This document shows positions 40,068 through 48,754 of a DNA stretch of 64,000 bases, in pieces (within the stretch, counting starts at the first letter, position 1; each line of letters opens with the position of its first letter). Source of the DNA: an uncultured Gemmatimonadaceae bacterium (GTDB lineage Bacteria > Gemmatimonadota > Gemmatimonadetes > Gemmatimonadales > Gemmatimonadaceae). The translations under genes and the position numbers were made by a program. Location of the stretch: assembly GCA_963822945.1 (NCBI GenBank), contig CAWGJO010000021.1, positions 32,001 to 96,000 on the forward strand, written 5' to 3'. The notes under the pieces were generated by a model. The model was not told the origin of the DNA. It was given only the letters and a program-made list of their open reading frames with translations, and did no database searches.

Positions 40068-40589
40068 CTAGTGTCCGCCGCCCGCCGGACGTTGCCGGCG
40101 CAACCGCATCCGCCCCTCGCTCATCAGCCGGGCACGCGCTGAGTGGTCGGGGAGATAGATGCGCGTGATCCGGGCAGGTCCTACCCCCTTTACGCCGACC
40201 GGGGCCTGCCCGCTGTCCTCGAGCTGGGCCAGGGCATGGCGGGCCTGACGGATCGCCTCGGCCGGGGCGCCGGCGTCGACCCGGACGCGGTACAGGCCGG
40301 ACGCCGACGGCCGGTCCCCGTCGCGCTGCATGATCACGGAGAGCGTGGCGGCCGCCGCGGCCAGATGCTGGGGTGTCGCAGCAGCCCGCGACATCAGGAT
40401 GACGTTCGGCGGATCGACATTCGGACGCCGGAGAATGACGATGGCCTGTCCGAAATTCGCGGAGTCGGTGACGGCGACGGTCACCGCCACGCGACCCGCG
40501 GGCACGCGCTGGGCCTGCGCGGCGATCGGTGGCGCCGTCGTGACTGCAACGAGCAGGGCACCGCAGAGAACAACGGGAATTCTGGTCAT
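40068..40589 (-). CDS. Hypothetical secreted protein
   Basis: Signal peptide MTRIPVVLCGALLVAV..IAAQ. Confidence 0.55.
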   Translation of the reverse strand: MTRIPVVLCGALLVAVTTAPPIAAQAQRVPAGRVAVTVAVTDSANFGQAIVILRRPNVDPPNVILMSRAAATPQHLAAAAATLSVIMQRDGDRPSASGLYRVRVDAGAPAEAIRQARHALAQLEDSGQAPVGVKGVGPARITRIYLPDHSARARLMSEGRMRLRRQRPAGGGH

Positions 40590-40651
40590 GGGAGTCCTCG
40601 CAACGGATGAAAGGTTGATGTGGGATAGCGCACGCGGATGCCGGCGCGGTC

Positions 40652-41668
40652 TCAGCAGATGGTCTGGAGCCAGCTGCTCACCACGACCCAGGTCTTCCCT
40701 CCGTCGTACGACTCTTCGACCTGGACGAGGTACAGCGTGCAGCCATTGGACTTGGAGCCACCCAGCGGGTCCAGGACGCTCCCGTCCGACGTGCCATCGC
40801 ACCCGGACGGGTCGTAGATCAGCTGGTTGGAACAGGCGGGCGTCTTCTTGACCACGGTCGGGCAGGACGGCTGGTAGGCCGTCTTCCGGCCGATGGCGAC
40901 GGGGCCGGTGGAGCCGTACTGCTTCCACTCGAACTTCACGCTGAAGCCACCGCTGCTCCACGACACCGTCGGGATCGGCAGCTCGAACCACGCTTTGGTG
41001 GTGGCCGAGCCGTACACGAATTCCCCGCAGTCGTGGCTCAGGAACAGGTGGGCGCTGGCGGTGACGGTTCCGGCCCAGGCAATGCAGTCGGGCTGGTAGA
41101 TGCTCGCGCCCATGAGTTCCGATGCGCACGCGAGCTTCTGAAGCGCATGCCCGTCGTTCGCGCCCGTCGTCTGCGCCGGGATATCCGTCGCCCCACTCAC
41201 GTAGTTGGCGCCGAACGTGAGGTCGGCATGCGCATCGGTGCCCCAATAGTCGGCCGAGAACGTGACCAGCCCCTCGTTGCCGGACACGCGCACGTCGAGC
41301 CCCTGTTTCAGGATCTGCGCGGTGAGTGACGAGAGGTCGGTGTAGCCCGAGCCGTCATCCGGTGGCGGGGGCGCGAGCGCGGCGGACGGACCCGGCACCC
41401 GGCCGTCCCAGAAGCTCGAGGTATCCACGTAGTTCTGCAGGGCATGATGCCCATGCGCGGCCCACCGGGCGGCCGTGTGGCGGACCAGTGTGTCCGCGTC
41501 CGGCCCGCTGGCCACCACCACGTTGCCATGCCGCTGGGCGCCGGCCGTCGCGGCGGTGCTCGGCGCGCCGCGAACGGGAGGAGGCGTTGGCGTGGCGGTG
41601 GGCGATTGGTCGCACGCCGCGAGCGCGATGGCGACGGACAGCAGCGATCCCTTCCAGGCGGTTCTCAT
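40652..41668 (-). CDS. Cys-rich hypothetical lipoprotein
   Basis: Lipobox LAAC; 8 further Cys; C-terminal ESYDGGKTW..QTIC; SD AAGGAG. Confidence 0.7.
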   Translation of the reverse strand: MRTAWKGSLLSVAIALAACDQSPTATPTPPPVRGAPSTAATAGAQRHGNVVVASGPDADTLVRHTAARWAAHGHHALQNYVDTSSFWDGRVPGPSAALAPPPPDDGSGYTDLSSLTAQILKQGLDVRVSGNEGLVTFSADYWGTDAHADLTFGANYVSGATDIPAQTTGANDGHALQKLACASELMGASIYQPDCIAWAGTVTASAHLFLSHDCGEFVYGSATTKAWFELPIPTVSWSSGGFSVKFEWKQYGSTGPVAIGRKTAYQPSCPTVVKKTPACSNQLIYDPSGCDGTSDGSVLDPLGGSKSNGCTLYLVQVEESYDGGKTWVVVSSWLQTIC

Positions 41669-41780
41669 TGAGGCGTCTCCTTGTGGTGGGAGGTCAGGTC
41701 ACCCAATGCCGCCCGGCCCGGCACGGAACGAACGGCGCGCGCGGTGCGGGCATCCCCCGCCCTCGCACGCGCCAAGCGCA

Positions 41781-43106
41781 TCAAGGCGCGGAATCGCACC
41801 TCGTCGTGATGGTCGATGTCTCCACCAGCGGGGCCGGCAGCCCCGGAAAGAGTGGATACGCGCCCGGGCGCCGTGTGCCCCAACTCAGCATCAGCGAATC
41901 GCGGCCCAACGGTGTGAGCCGGGGTGGCGTCTCGGCGGCGTCGAACGGCAGCTGGTGCCACGCGATCGGCCCGTCATCGCCGACCGCGGCGGCGGTGAGC
42001 TGGTGCCCGTCGTGATACCGGCCCACGACGAACACGCTGTCGCCGAGTCGAGCCGCGGCGAGAAACTCGACGACGGGATCGTTGACGGTGGCGCGCCCCT
42101 GCCGCCACGTCGCACCGCCGTCGCGCGACGACGCGCGTTCGATGGTCCGCGCGTTCCGCGCCCCGGGCGCCGTCCGATGCACGCTCCAGACCAGGTGCAG
42201 AGCGCCGTCGCGCGTGGCCACCATCCGCAGCCAGTTGACACCGGCGAGGCCGAGGTCGGCGACGCTCTGTGGCGCGCTCCACGTCGCGCCCAGATCGTGC
42301 GACCTGACGATGAACACGCCGCTCGCCTCGAGGCGTCCGGACGGCAGCAGCATCGATCCCACGAAGGCAAGCACCAGCGTGTGGTCCGACGTTGTCGTGA
42401 GCGCGAGGTCGGTGGGTGGAATGGGGCCCGCGGGGATCCACGCGCGGCGCCACGCACCGTGATCGCGGCGCAGGTACACGATGCCGAGTGTGTCGCCCGA
42501 CCGGCGCGCCTGTCGCACGGGTACGGCGAGCGCCGTCTCCCCGGCGATCGTGCGCACCACCGGATACCCGGCGTTCCACGCGATCTCGTCGAACGCCAAC
42601 ACGCGCTCGGGGGTGCTCCATCCGTTGCCGGCGAATCGGGCGTGCCAGACCGCCGGCACCTGCTCCAGCGCGTGGTACGACGTGTCGGCGCTTTCGCCCC
42701 AGAACACGTCGAGTGCTCCGTCACTGCGGGACGCGGCCTGCACCGCCAGCATGCGGGTCGCGCCGGTGGGCATCGAGACCAACTCGGTGGCGCCACCAGG
42801 TGCCCGCACCACACCGGCTAGCCGCGACGGATCGACCATGGGCCGCGCCCCGGCCCCCGTGTCAGCGAACACCGTGGGCGTGCTCCACACGAAGGTCGGC
42901 ACGCCGAGCAGTGCCAGTCCGCCCGCGAACCGGACCGGCCTGGCGCCGTCGACGTACACGGGCCGTCCGTCCGCCATCGTGAGCGTCCGTGAAGCGCTCC
43001 ACGCGTACGGACGGCAGCGGCCGTCGGACCGCTGGGCCCCGAGTTGGCGAATCGGGAGCACGGGGGCGGACGCAACGCAGAGGACGATGGCGAGGCAAAG
43101 GCGCAT
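41781..43106 (-). CDS. Secreted BNR/Asp-box (sialidase-like propeller) protein
   Basis: Signal peptide; RSHDLGATW and SSRDGGATW Asp-boxes. Confidence 0.65.
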   Translation of the reverse strand: MRLCLAIVLCVASAPVLPIRQLGAQRSDGRCRPYAWSASRTLTMADGRPVYVDGARPVRFAGGLALLGVPTFVWSTPTVFADTGAGARPMVDPSRLAGVVRAPGGATELVSMPTGATRMLAVQAASRSDGALDVFWGESADTSYHALEQVPAVWHARFAGNGWSTPERVLAFDEIAWNAGYPVVRTIAGETALAVPVRQARRSGDTLGIVYLRRDHGAWRRAWIPAGPIPPTDLALTTTSDHTLVLAFVGSMLLPSGRLEASGVFIVRSHDLGATWSAPQSVADLGLAGVNWLRMVATRDGALHLVWSVHRTAPGARNARTIERASSRDGGATWRQGRATVNDPVVEFLAAARLGDSVFVVGRYHDGHQLTAAAVGDDGPIAWHQLPFDAAETPPRLTPLGRDSLMLSWGTRRPGAYPLFPGLPAPLVETSTITTRCDSAP

Positions 43107-43445
43107 GAGCAGGGTGGCGGGAGGGAGACGCTGGGTTCGTGCGCCGAGTGTACCGCTCGGGGCCGGTCGCACCGCCACCCGCAGCGCGCGGGGAGAATCA
43201 ATTCATTGCGCGTGTCACCCTCTGAATCGCACGATCGCAGAAAGGCGCACGCGACATTCGCGCGCGCGCGCGCCAACTCCGGCACGCTGATCTATACGGT
43301 TTCTTTGTGTTTTTCTCAGGGATTTCCCCACACAAGGACAGTGTTCGTCCGATGGCATGAAGAGGGTCACTGGCTAATGTTCGCTCGCGTCACGCGAGTG
43401 ACGTGAGCAAGCGAAGACCGTCTTTTTTTTGGGGGATACACATCG

Positions 43446-43847
43446 ATGGGGTTCCTGACGATTCTCGCGCGAAGCGCTGCCACGATCGTCCTTGCGTCGG
43501 GCGGAGGTCACACGGTGCACCGTCCGCAAACCGCGACCTTGCCTGACACGGGTCAGATCACGACGCAGATGATCAGTTCGGGCCGCGGGATCTTTCATGG
43601 ACAGGGCGGTTGCTTCGTCTGCCATGGCGCCAACCTTCAGGGGTCGCCCATCGCTCCCCCGCTCGACAAGCACGGCAAGCCCTGGCTGGCGGCGAAGGGC
43701 GGCACCTACGCCCAGATCTTCGCCGTCGTGACGCACGGCGTACCGGGCACCGTCATGGTCGCGCACCCCAACGGGATCAACGACGCGCTCGCCACCGAAG
43801 TCGCCGCTTACATCTGGGCAGTCAACCACCGCGGTGTGAAACCGTAA
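43446..43847 (+). CDS. Monoheme class I cytochrome c
   Basis: CFVCH; distal Met in GVPGTVM; VAAYIW C-terminal helix. Confidence 0.9.
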   Translation: MGFLTILARSAATIVLASGGGHTVHRPQTATLPDTGQITTQMISSGRGIFHGQGGCFVCHGANLQGSPIAPPLDKHGKPWLAAKGGTYAQIFAVVTHGVPGTVMVAHPNGINDALATEVAAYIWAVNHRGVKP

Positions 43848-43858
43848 CCGGAGCCTCC

Positions 43859-45319
43859 ATGCACAGATATCTCTCCCTCCCGCGCCGGATAGGCCTGGGT
43901 CTCTCCGCTCTCCTGCTCGCGCTGGCCACGCTGGCGACGCCGGCCACCGCGCGCGCGGACCGTGGCGCGACCAGCGCCGCCAGTGCCCTCGGCGTCAGCG
44001 CCGATCACGCCGTCATGAACCGCAGCCTGATGGTCGCCCTCGCGAAAGCCCACGCCAACATCCCGGCGTTCTCGCGGCAGACCGGCATGGCCTGCAGCAT
44101 GTGCCACTATCAGTTTCCGGCGCTTACGCCCTTCGGCCGCCTGTTCAAGCTCAACGGCTACACGCTCACCGGAATCGCGACGATCAACGCCCAGGCCGAT
44201 ACCACCAAGGATCCGAGCCTGAAGCTGCTCACCGTCCCGCCCATGGCAGCGATGTTCGTCGGCGATTTCGCACAGACGGCGAAGGCCGTGCCCGGCACGC
44301 AGAACGGCACCGCTCAGTTCCCCGACCAGGCCAGCCTGTTCGTCGGCGGCGCGATCACGCCGAACCTGGGCATCTTCTCGCAGTTCACGTACGCCGCGGC
44401 CGACGGCACCTTCGGCATGGACAACCTCGATCTCCGCTACGCGAAGAACCACACGTTCGGCGATGGCAACAGCCTGCTCTTCGGCCTGACGCTGAACAAC
44501 AATCCCACCGTGCAGGATGTCTGGAACACGGTACCGGCATGGAGCTTCCCCTTCATGGGATCGGAGGCCGTCCCGGCACCGGGTGCCGGCACCATGATCG
44601 ACGGAGCGCTCGGACAGGCCGTGGTCGGCCTCGGCGCTTACACGTTGCTCAACAACCACCTCTACTCCGAACTCACCCTGTATCGGTCGTCGCCGCAGGG
44701 CGCCAGCTACCCGCTGGACGGGAGCGCAGGCAACACCACGTCGGGTGTGTCGCCGTACTGGCGTGTCGCCTGGCAGCAGCCGCTCAATCAGGATTACCTG
44801 ATGGTGGGCACGTTCGGCATGCACACCCAGTTGTACCCCTCTGACATCACCGGCCCCACCAACCAGTTCACCGACGTCGGCGTCGATGCGCAGTACGAGC
44901 ACCCGACGGGCGCGGGCGCCGTGATCGGACGCGCGACCTACACGCACGAATCGCAGAACCGCGTGGCCGATTTCATCTCGGGCGCCTCGCAGCAGCACGA
45001 CAACCTGACCACGTTCAAGGCCAACGTGTCGCTCGCCACGTCGCTCTACTACGGCGCGTCGTTCGGCTACTTCCAGACGAACGGCACCACGGATGCCATT
45101 CTGTACGCGGCCAACCCGGTGGACGGCAGCGCCAACGGCAGCCCGAACTCTCAGGGCTTCGTGGGTCAGCTGAACTACAACGTGTGGCAGAACGTGCGGT
45201 TGGGCCTGCAATACACGATGTACACCAAGTTCAACGGTGGGAACACCAACTACGACGGCTCGGGACGCTCGGCGTCCGACAACAACACGCTGTATCTGTT
45301 CACGTGGTTGGCCTTCTGA
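43859..45319 (+). CDS. cyc2: Cyc2-like fused cytochrome c / outer-membrane beta-barrel
   Basis: IPAFSRQTGMACSMCHYQFPALTPFGRLFKLNGY fits the Cyc2 N-terminal signature; amphipathic strands; ends LYLFTWLAF. Confidence 0.85.
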   Translation: MHRYLSLPRRIGLGLSALLLALATLATPATARADRGATSAASALGVSADHAVMNRSLMVALAKAHANIPAFSRQTGMACSMCHYQFPALTPFGRLFKLNGYTLTGIATINAQADTTKDPSLKLLTVPPMAAMFVGDFAQTAKAVPGTQNGTAQFPDQASLFVGGAITPNLGIFSQFTYAAADGTFGMDNLDLRYAKNHTFGDGNSLLFGLTLNNNPTVQDVWNTVPAWSFPFMGSEAVPAPGAGTMIDGALGQAVVGLGAYTLLNNHLYSELTLYRSSPQGASYPLDGSAGNTTSGVSPYWRVAWQQPLNQDYLMVGTFGMHTQLYPSDITGPTNQFTDVGVDAQYEHPTGAGAVIGRATYTHESQNRVADFISGASQQHDNLTTFKANVSLATSLYYGASFGYFQTNGTTDAILYAANPVDGSANGSPNSQGFVGQLNYNVWQNVRLGLQYTMYTKFNGGNTNYDGSGRSASDNNTLYLFTWLAF

Positions 45320-45365
45320 TCCTCCACTGATCCGACGCCTGCCCCGCGGACGGGCCAGGACCTTC

Positions 45366-45408
45366 CCCCGCCCCGGCGAGCCCCGCTCGCCGGGGCGGGG
45401 TTCGTGTT
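45366..45408 (+). terminator. Intrinsic terminator after cyc2
   Basis: 16-bp perfect stem CCCCGCCCCGGCGAGC / GCTCGCCGGGGCGGGG, followed by TTCGTGTT. Confidence 0.7.
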
Positions 45409-45589
45409 ACCCCGGGACGGATCCTCCGGGCCGGTGTGATCCAGGCGCTTGACAGCACCCCCCTTCGGGGTGACAGGTTGGGCCTCGACCGACCGCCTCG
45501 CGCCCTGCTTCCCTCCTCTCACCAACCCGCGCCCTCTGCCAACACCCACGCGCATCCCCCTCACCTCGCCCGGCACGCGCTCGAACGTC

Positions 45590-46894
45590 GTGCGGCGGCT
45601 GGCGCGCGTCGCCAGCCTGGGGCTCGTGCTGCTGGGCGGAGTCACCTGCACCGACGGTCCAAGTTCGCCCGGCGCCGGCGGGCCCGCTCTGGTCCGCGTG
45701 GCGCCGCAATTCTCCAGAGCCGCGGCGGCGGCCCTCGGCACGTTGGGGCAGTTCGGACTCGCGATCGATACCGCGCACGTGCGGATCGACCAGCTCGACC
45801 GCCTCTCCGACACCGCCGGATTCGACACGGTCGTCGCCGTGCCGCCCGGCAGCGATACCCTCCGCCTCTCGTTCCCCATCGTCCTCAGCGCCCCGACCGA
45901 GCGATTGCAGGTCACGGTAGATCTGCGGCATGGTCAGCAGCTACTGTTCTCCGGCACGCAGATCATATCCGCCGCGGTCGGCGCGCCGTCCACCGCTGCG
46001 CCTCCGGTCATCGCGATCGAGTATGTGGGTCCAGGGGCCGGTGCCACGCAGCTCTTCATCGCCCCGCGCGACACCGTCATCGGTGTCCAGGGCATCGTGA
46101 AATACCTGTTCACGGCGCTCGACAGCACCAAAGCCGTGGTCACGTCGGCCACCGTGGCGTGGAGTCTCTCGGACTCCAGCGTCGGAGCGATCGACAGCGG
46201 GACCGGCACGTTCGTCTCCAATGGCACGGAGGGCGAAACGCGCGTCTTTGCCGTGACGCCGAACGCCCTGCGCGATTCCACGACACTCACCATCACCGCG
46301 CCGCCGTCGAAGCTCGTGATCCTGAGTGGCGGCGCCCAGACCGGGGCTCCGAGCAGCGTGCTGCCGCAGCCGCTGGTGGTGCAGGCCCAGACGCCGGGCG
46401 GTCATCCCGTGGCCGGTGTCGCGGTGACGTTCGTGCCGGCGGCAACCGGGTCGGTGAACCCCGCCGCCGCCGTGACCGACAGTACCGGCCGCGCGCAGGC
46501 CACGATGACGCTTGGGCGGACCTCCGGCATCCAGATCTTTGGCGTGCTGTCCAGCGGCCTCGCCGGCGACTCCGTTGCGGAGTACGCCACCGCAGGCCCC
46601 GGCGCGTCGATGCTCAAGGTGGCGGGCGATTCACAGACCGTCGCCGCTTCCACCACCGTCCCGGTGGCGCCCACGGTCAGGATCATCGGCGCCACGGGCG
46701 CACCCCTGGCCGGCATTCCCGTGGTGTTCGCGGTGACCGCGGGCGGCGGCAGTGTGACGGGCGGTACCGTGCTTACCGACAGCACCGGTACGGCCACGGT
46801 CGGCGCCTGGATGCTGGGCGGCAGCGGGGCCCAGACGCTGGTAGCGACCAGCGGCGCGCTGAGCGCGACGTTCACGGCGTTCATCGCGCCTTAG
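45590..46894 (+). CDS. Ig-like (Big/invasin) domain lipoprotein; start uncertain
   Basis: GGVTC lipobox-like; LSGGAQTG..LPQPLVV, GVAVTF, TDSTGRA, repeated in a second domain. Confidence 0.75.
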   Translation: MRRLARVASLGLVLLGGVTCTDGPSSPGAGGPALVRVAPQFSRAAAAALGTLGQFGLAIDTAHVRIDQLDRLSDTAGFDTVVAVPPGSDTLRLSFPIVLSAPTERLQVTVDLRHGQQLLFSGTQIISAAVGAPSTAAPPVIAIEYVGPGAGATQLFIAPRDTVIGVQGIVKYLFTALDSTKAVVTSATVAWSLSDSSVGAIDSGTGTFVSNGTEGETRVFAVTPNALRDSTTLTITAPPSKLVILSGGAQTGAPSSVLPQPLVVQAQTPGGHPVAGVAVTFVPAATGSVNPAAAVTDSTGRAQATMTLGRTSGIQIFGVLSSGLAGDSVAEYATAGPGASMLKVAGDSQTVAASTTVPVAPTVRIIGATGAPLAGIPVVFAVTAGGGSVTGGTVLTDSTGTATVGAWMLGGSGAQTLVATSGALSATFTAFIAP

Positions 46895-46916
46895 GGAACG
46901 CCGCCGGCCTCCACCG

Positions 46917-47621
46917 TCACCACGTCGTCGGGCCCAGGTACTCACGCCGGAACCGCTCATCCGCGGATGCTGCGGCCGGCGCTCCCAGTTCGTAGGTCGT
47001 CCCGTCGGTGCACCAGGTGACGCGGGTGGCCGCCGCAAACAGCGACGACACCTCGTGGCCGGTGATCACGACGGCGCAGCCGCGACGCGCCAGCGACCGG
47101 AAGGCGTTCGACAGCAACTCCGCATCCCTCGGCGCGACCCCGAGGAAGGGTTCATCCGCAACCAGGCATCTCGGATCTCGTGTCAGCGCCGCGGCGATTT
47201 CCACCCGCCGGAGTTCGCCGCCCGACAATTGATCCGGGGTTCGTCCGAGCAGCCCCGCGATCCGGAGCCAGTCGAGGTCCTGCAACGCCGGGCCGCCCGC
47301 GAATTGCCGGCTGAACATCTCGATTTGCGTCCCCACGGGCAGCGCGCGCGACAACAGCCCGCGGACCGGGAGGTAGAAGAGTCCCTCGGCCGCCAACCGG
47401 TGGTGCCGGGCGTCCAGATACGGCCGGCCGGCGAAGTGGACCGTTCCGGAATCGGGGGACAGCCGGCCGCACGCGATCCGGAGCAGCGTCGACTTCCCGA
47501 TGCCGTTGCGCCCGACGAGCGCGCGAACTTCTCCCGCGTAGGCGCGGAGCGTGGCCGACGTCAGCACCGGCCGCCCGGCGAATCGTTTCGCCACGGAGTC
47601 GGCGATCAGCATCGCGGTCAT
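46917..47621 (-). CDS. ABC ATP-binding protein (LptB-like)
   Basis: GRNGIGKST, LSGGE, ADEPF, ITGH. Confidence 0.88.
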   Translation of the reverse strand: MTAMLIADSVAKRFAGRPVLTSATLRAYAGEVRALVGRNGIGKSTLLRIACGRLSPDSGTVHFAGRPYLDARHHRLAAEGLFYLPVRGLLSRALPVGTQIEMFSRQFAGGPALQDLDWLRIAGLLGRTPDQLSGGELRRVEIAAALTRDPRCLVADEPFLGVAPRDAELLSNAFRSLARRGCAVVITGHEVSSLFAAATRVTWCTDGTTYELGAPAAASADERFRREYLGPTTW

Positions 47622-47926
47622 CCGAGATGAGCGCCGGCCGCGAGCACCAGCAGCTCCCCAACCAGTGGCGGTACGGCGTCGATGAGCGTACACCAGAGTC
47701 GTGATATGCCGAGGTTGGCGATGAGCACGCCCTCTCCGTGTCGCACCTCGTCGATCGCGGACGCGGCAACGCACAGCACGATCACTCCCAGCGACGCGGT
47801 GGGGGTAAGTCGGATCGGGTCGGCTCCCACCATGCGCAGTCCGACGCCGAGGAGCGCCCGCGTGGCCACCCACACGGTGGCACCGCGGATCATGCGTGTG
47901 CGAACGAGGATCACATTGGGGAGCAT
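47618..47926 (-). CDS. Small membrane protein coupled to the ABC ATPase
   Basis: About 3 TMs; LIANLG; ATGA overlap. Confidence 0.6.
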   Translation of the reverse strand: MLPNVILVRTRMIRGATVWVATRALLGVGLRMVGADPIRLTPTASLGVIVLCVAASAIDEVRHGEGVLIANLGISRLWCTLIDAVPPLVGELLVLAAGAHLG

Positions 47927-48085
47927 GGGCGGGAATTCGGGTACGGGGTCGTACCGCGGAGGCATCCTTACGTTCCTGCCCGGCCGGCACCCTTGACGGG
48001 CGCCGCCCTCGGACGCATGGTTCGCGGCCTTCCACAGCACCGCCCGCCCCCACTCGATCCCCCCCCGCCATCCCCAGGGGAACTC

Positions 48086-48754
48086 ATGTCAGTGTCCAAC
48101 GCACGGTCCATCGCCGCGACGACGTCGCGCGTCCTCTCCTTCGCGGCGCTGCTCGGCGCCGCCGCCCCTCTGCACGCGCAGGCCGCGGGAAAGGACTACA
48201 CCCCCGCCGATGTGAAATTCATGCAGGGCATGATCGTGCACCACGCCCAGGCCGTGGTGATGTCGAACTGGGCGCCCACGCACGGCGCCCGCGCCGACGT
48301 CGCCATCCTCTGCAAGCGCATCGCCCTGTCGCAGTACGATGAGATCGACCTCATGCAGCACTGGCTCGCCGCCCGCCACCTGAGCGCCCCCGATCCGCTG
48401 AAGATGCAGCACCCGCACTCCGGGCCGGTCGAGGACTCCAGCCCCATGCACATGCCCGGCATGGACATGGGTAATCCGCCGATGATGATGTCGGGCATGC
48501 TCACCCCCGCCGAGATGCGCCAACTCGACGCGGCCCGCGGCACGGAGTTCGATCGCCTCTATCTCCAGGGCATGATCAAGCACCACCAGGGCGCCGTCGA
48601 TATGGTCGCCGCGTTGTTCGCCACCCCCGGCGGCGGTCAGCAGTCCGAGCTGTTCGGCTTCGCCACCGACATCGACGCCAGCCAGCGCGTCCAGATTGCC
48701 CGAATGCAGGCCATGTTGAAGACCCTTCCCACCACCCCGAGCCCAACCCGATGA
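48086..48754 (+). CDS. DUF305 family secreted protein
   Basis: DVKFMQGMIVHHAQA and MIKHHQGAVDM; Met-rich linker. Confidence 0.88.
   Translation: MSVSNARSIAATTSRVLSFAALLGAAAPLHAQAAGKDYTPADVKFMQGMIVHHAQAVVMSNWAPTHGARADVAILCKRIALSQYDEIDLMQHWLAARHLSAPDPLKMQHPHSGPVEDSSPMHMPGMDMGNPPMMMSGMLTPAEMRQLDAARGTEFDRLYLQGMIKHHQGAVDMVAALFATPGGGQQSELFGFATDIDASQRVQIARMQAMLKTLPTTPSPTR

Noticed and set aside
43192..43208. Possible Fur box upstream of the cytochrome operon (GAGAATCAATTCATT)
   Set aside because: Only one half-site matches; dyad symmetry is poor.
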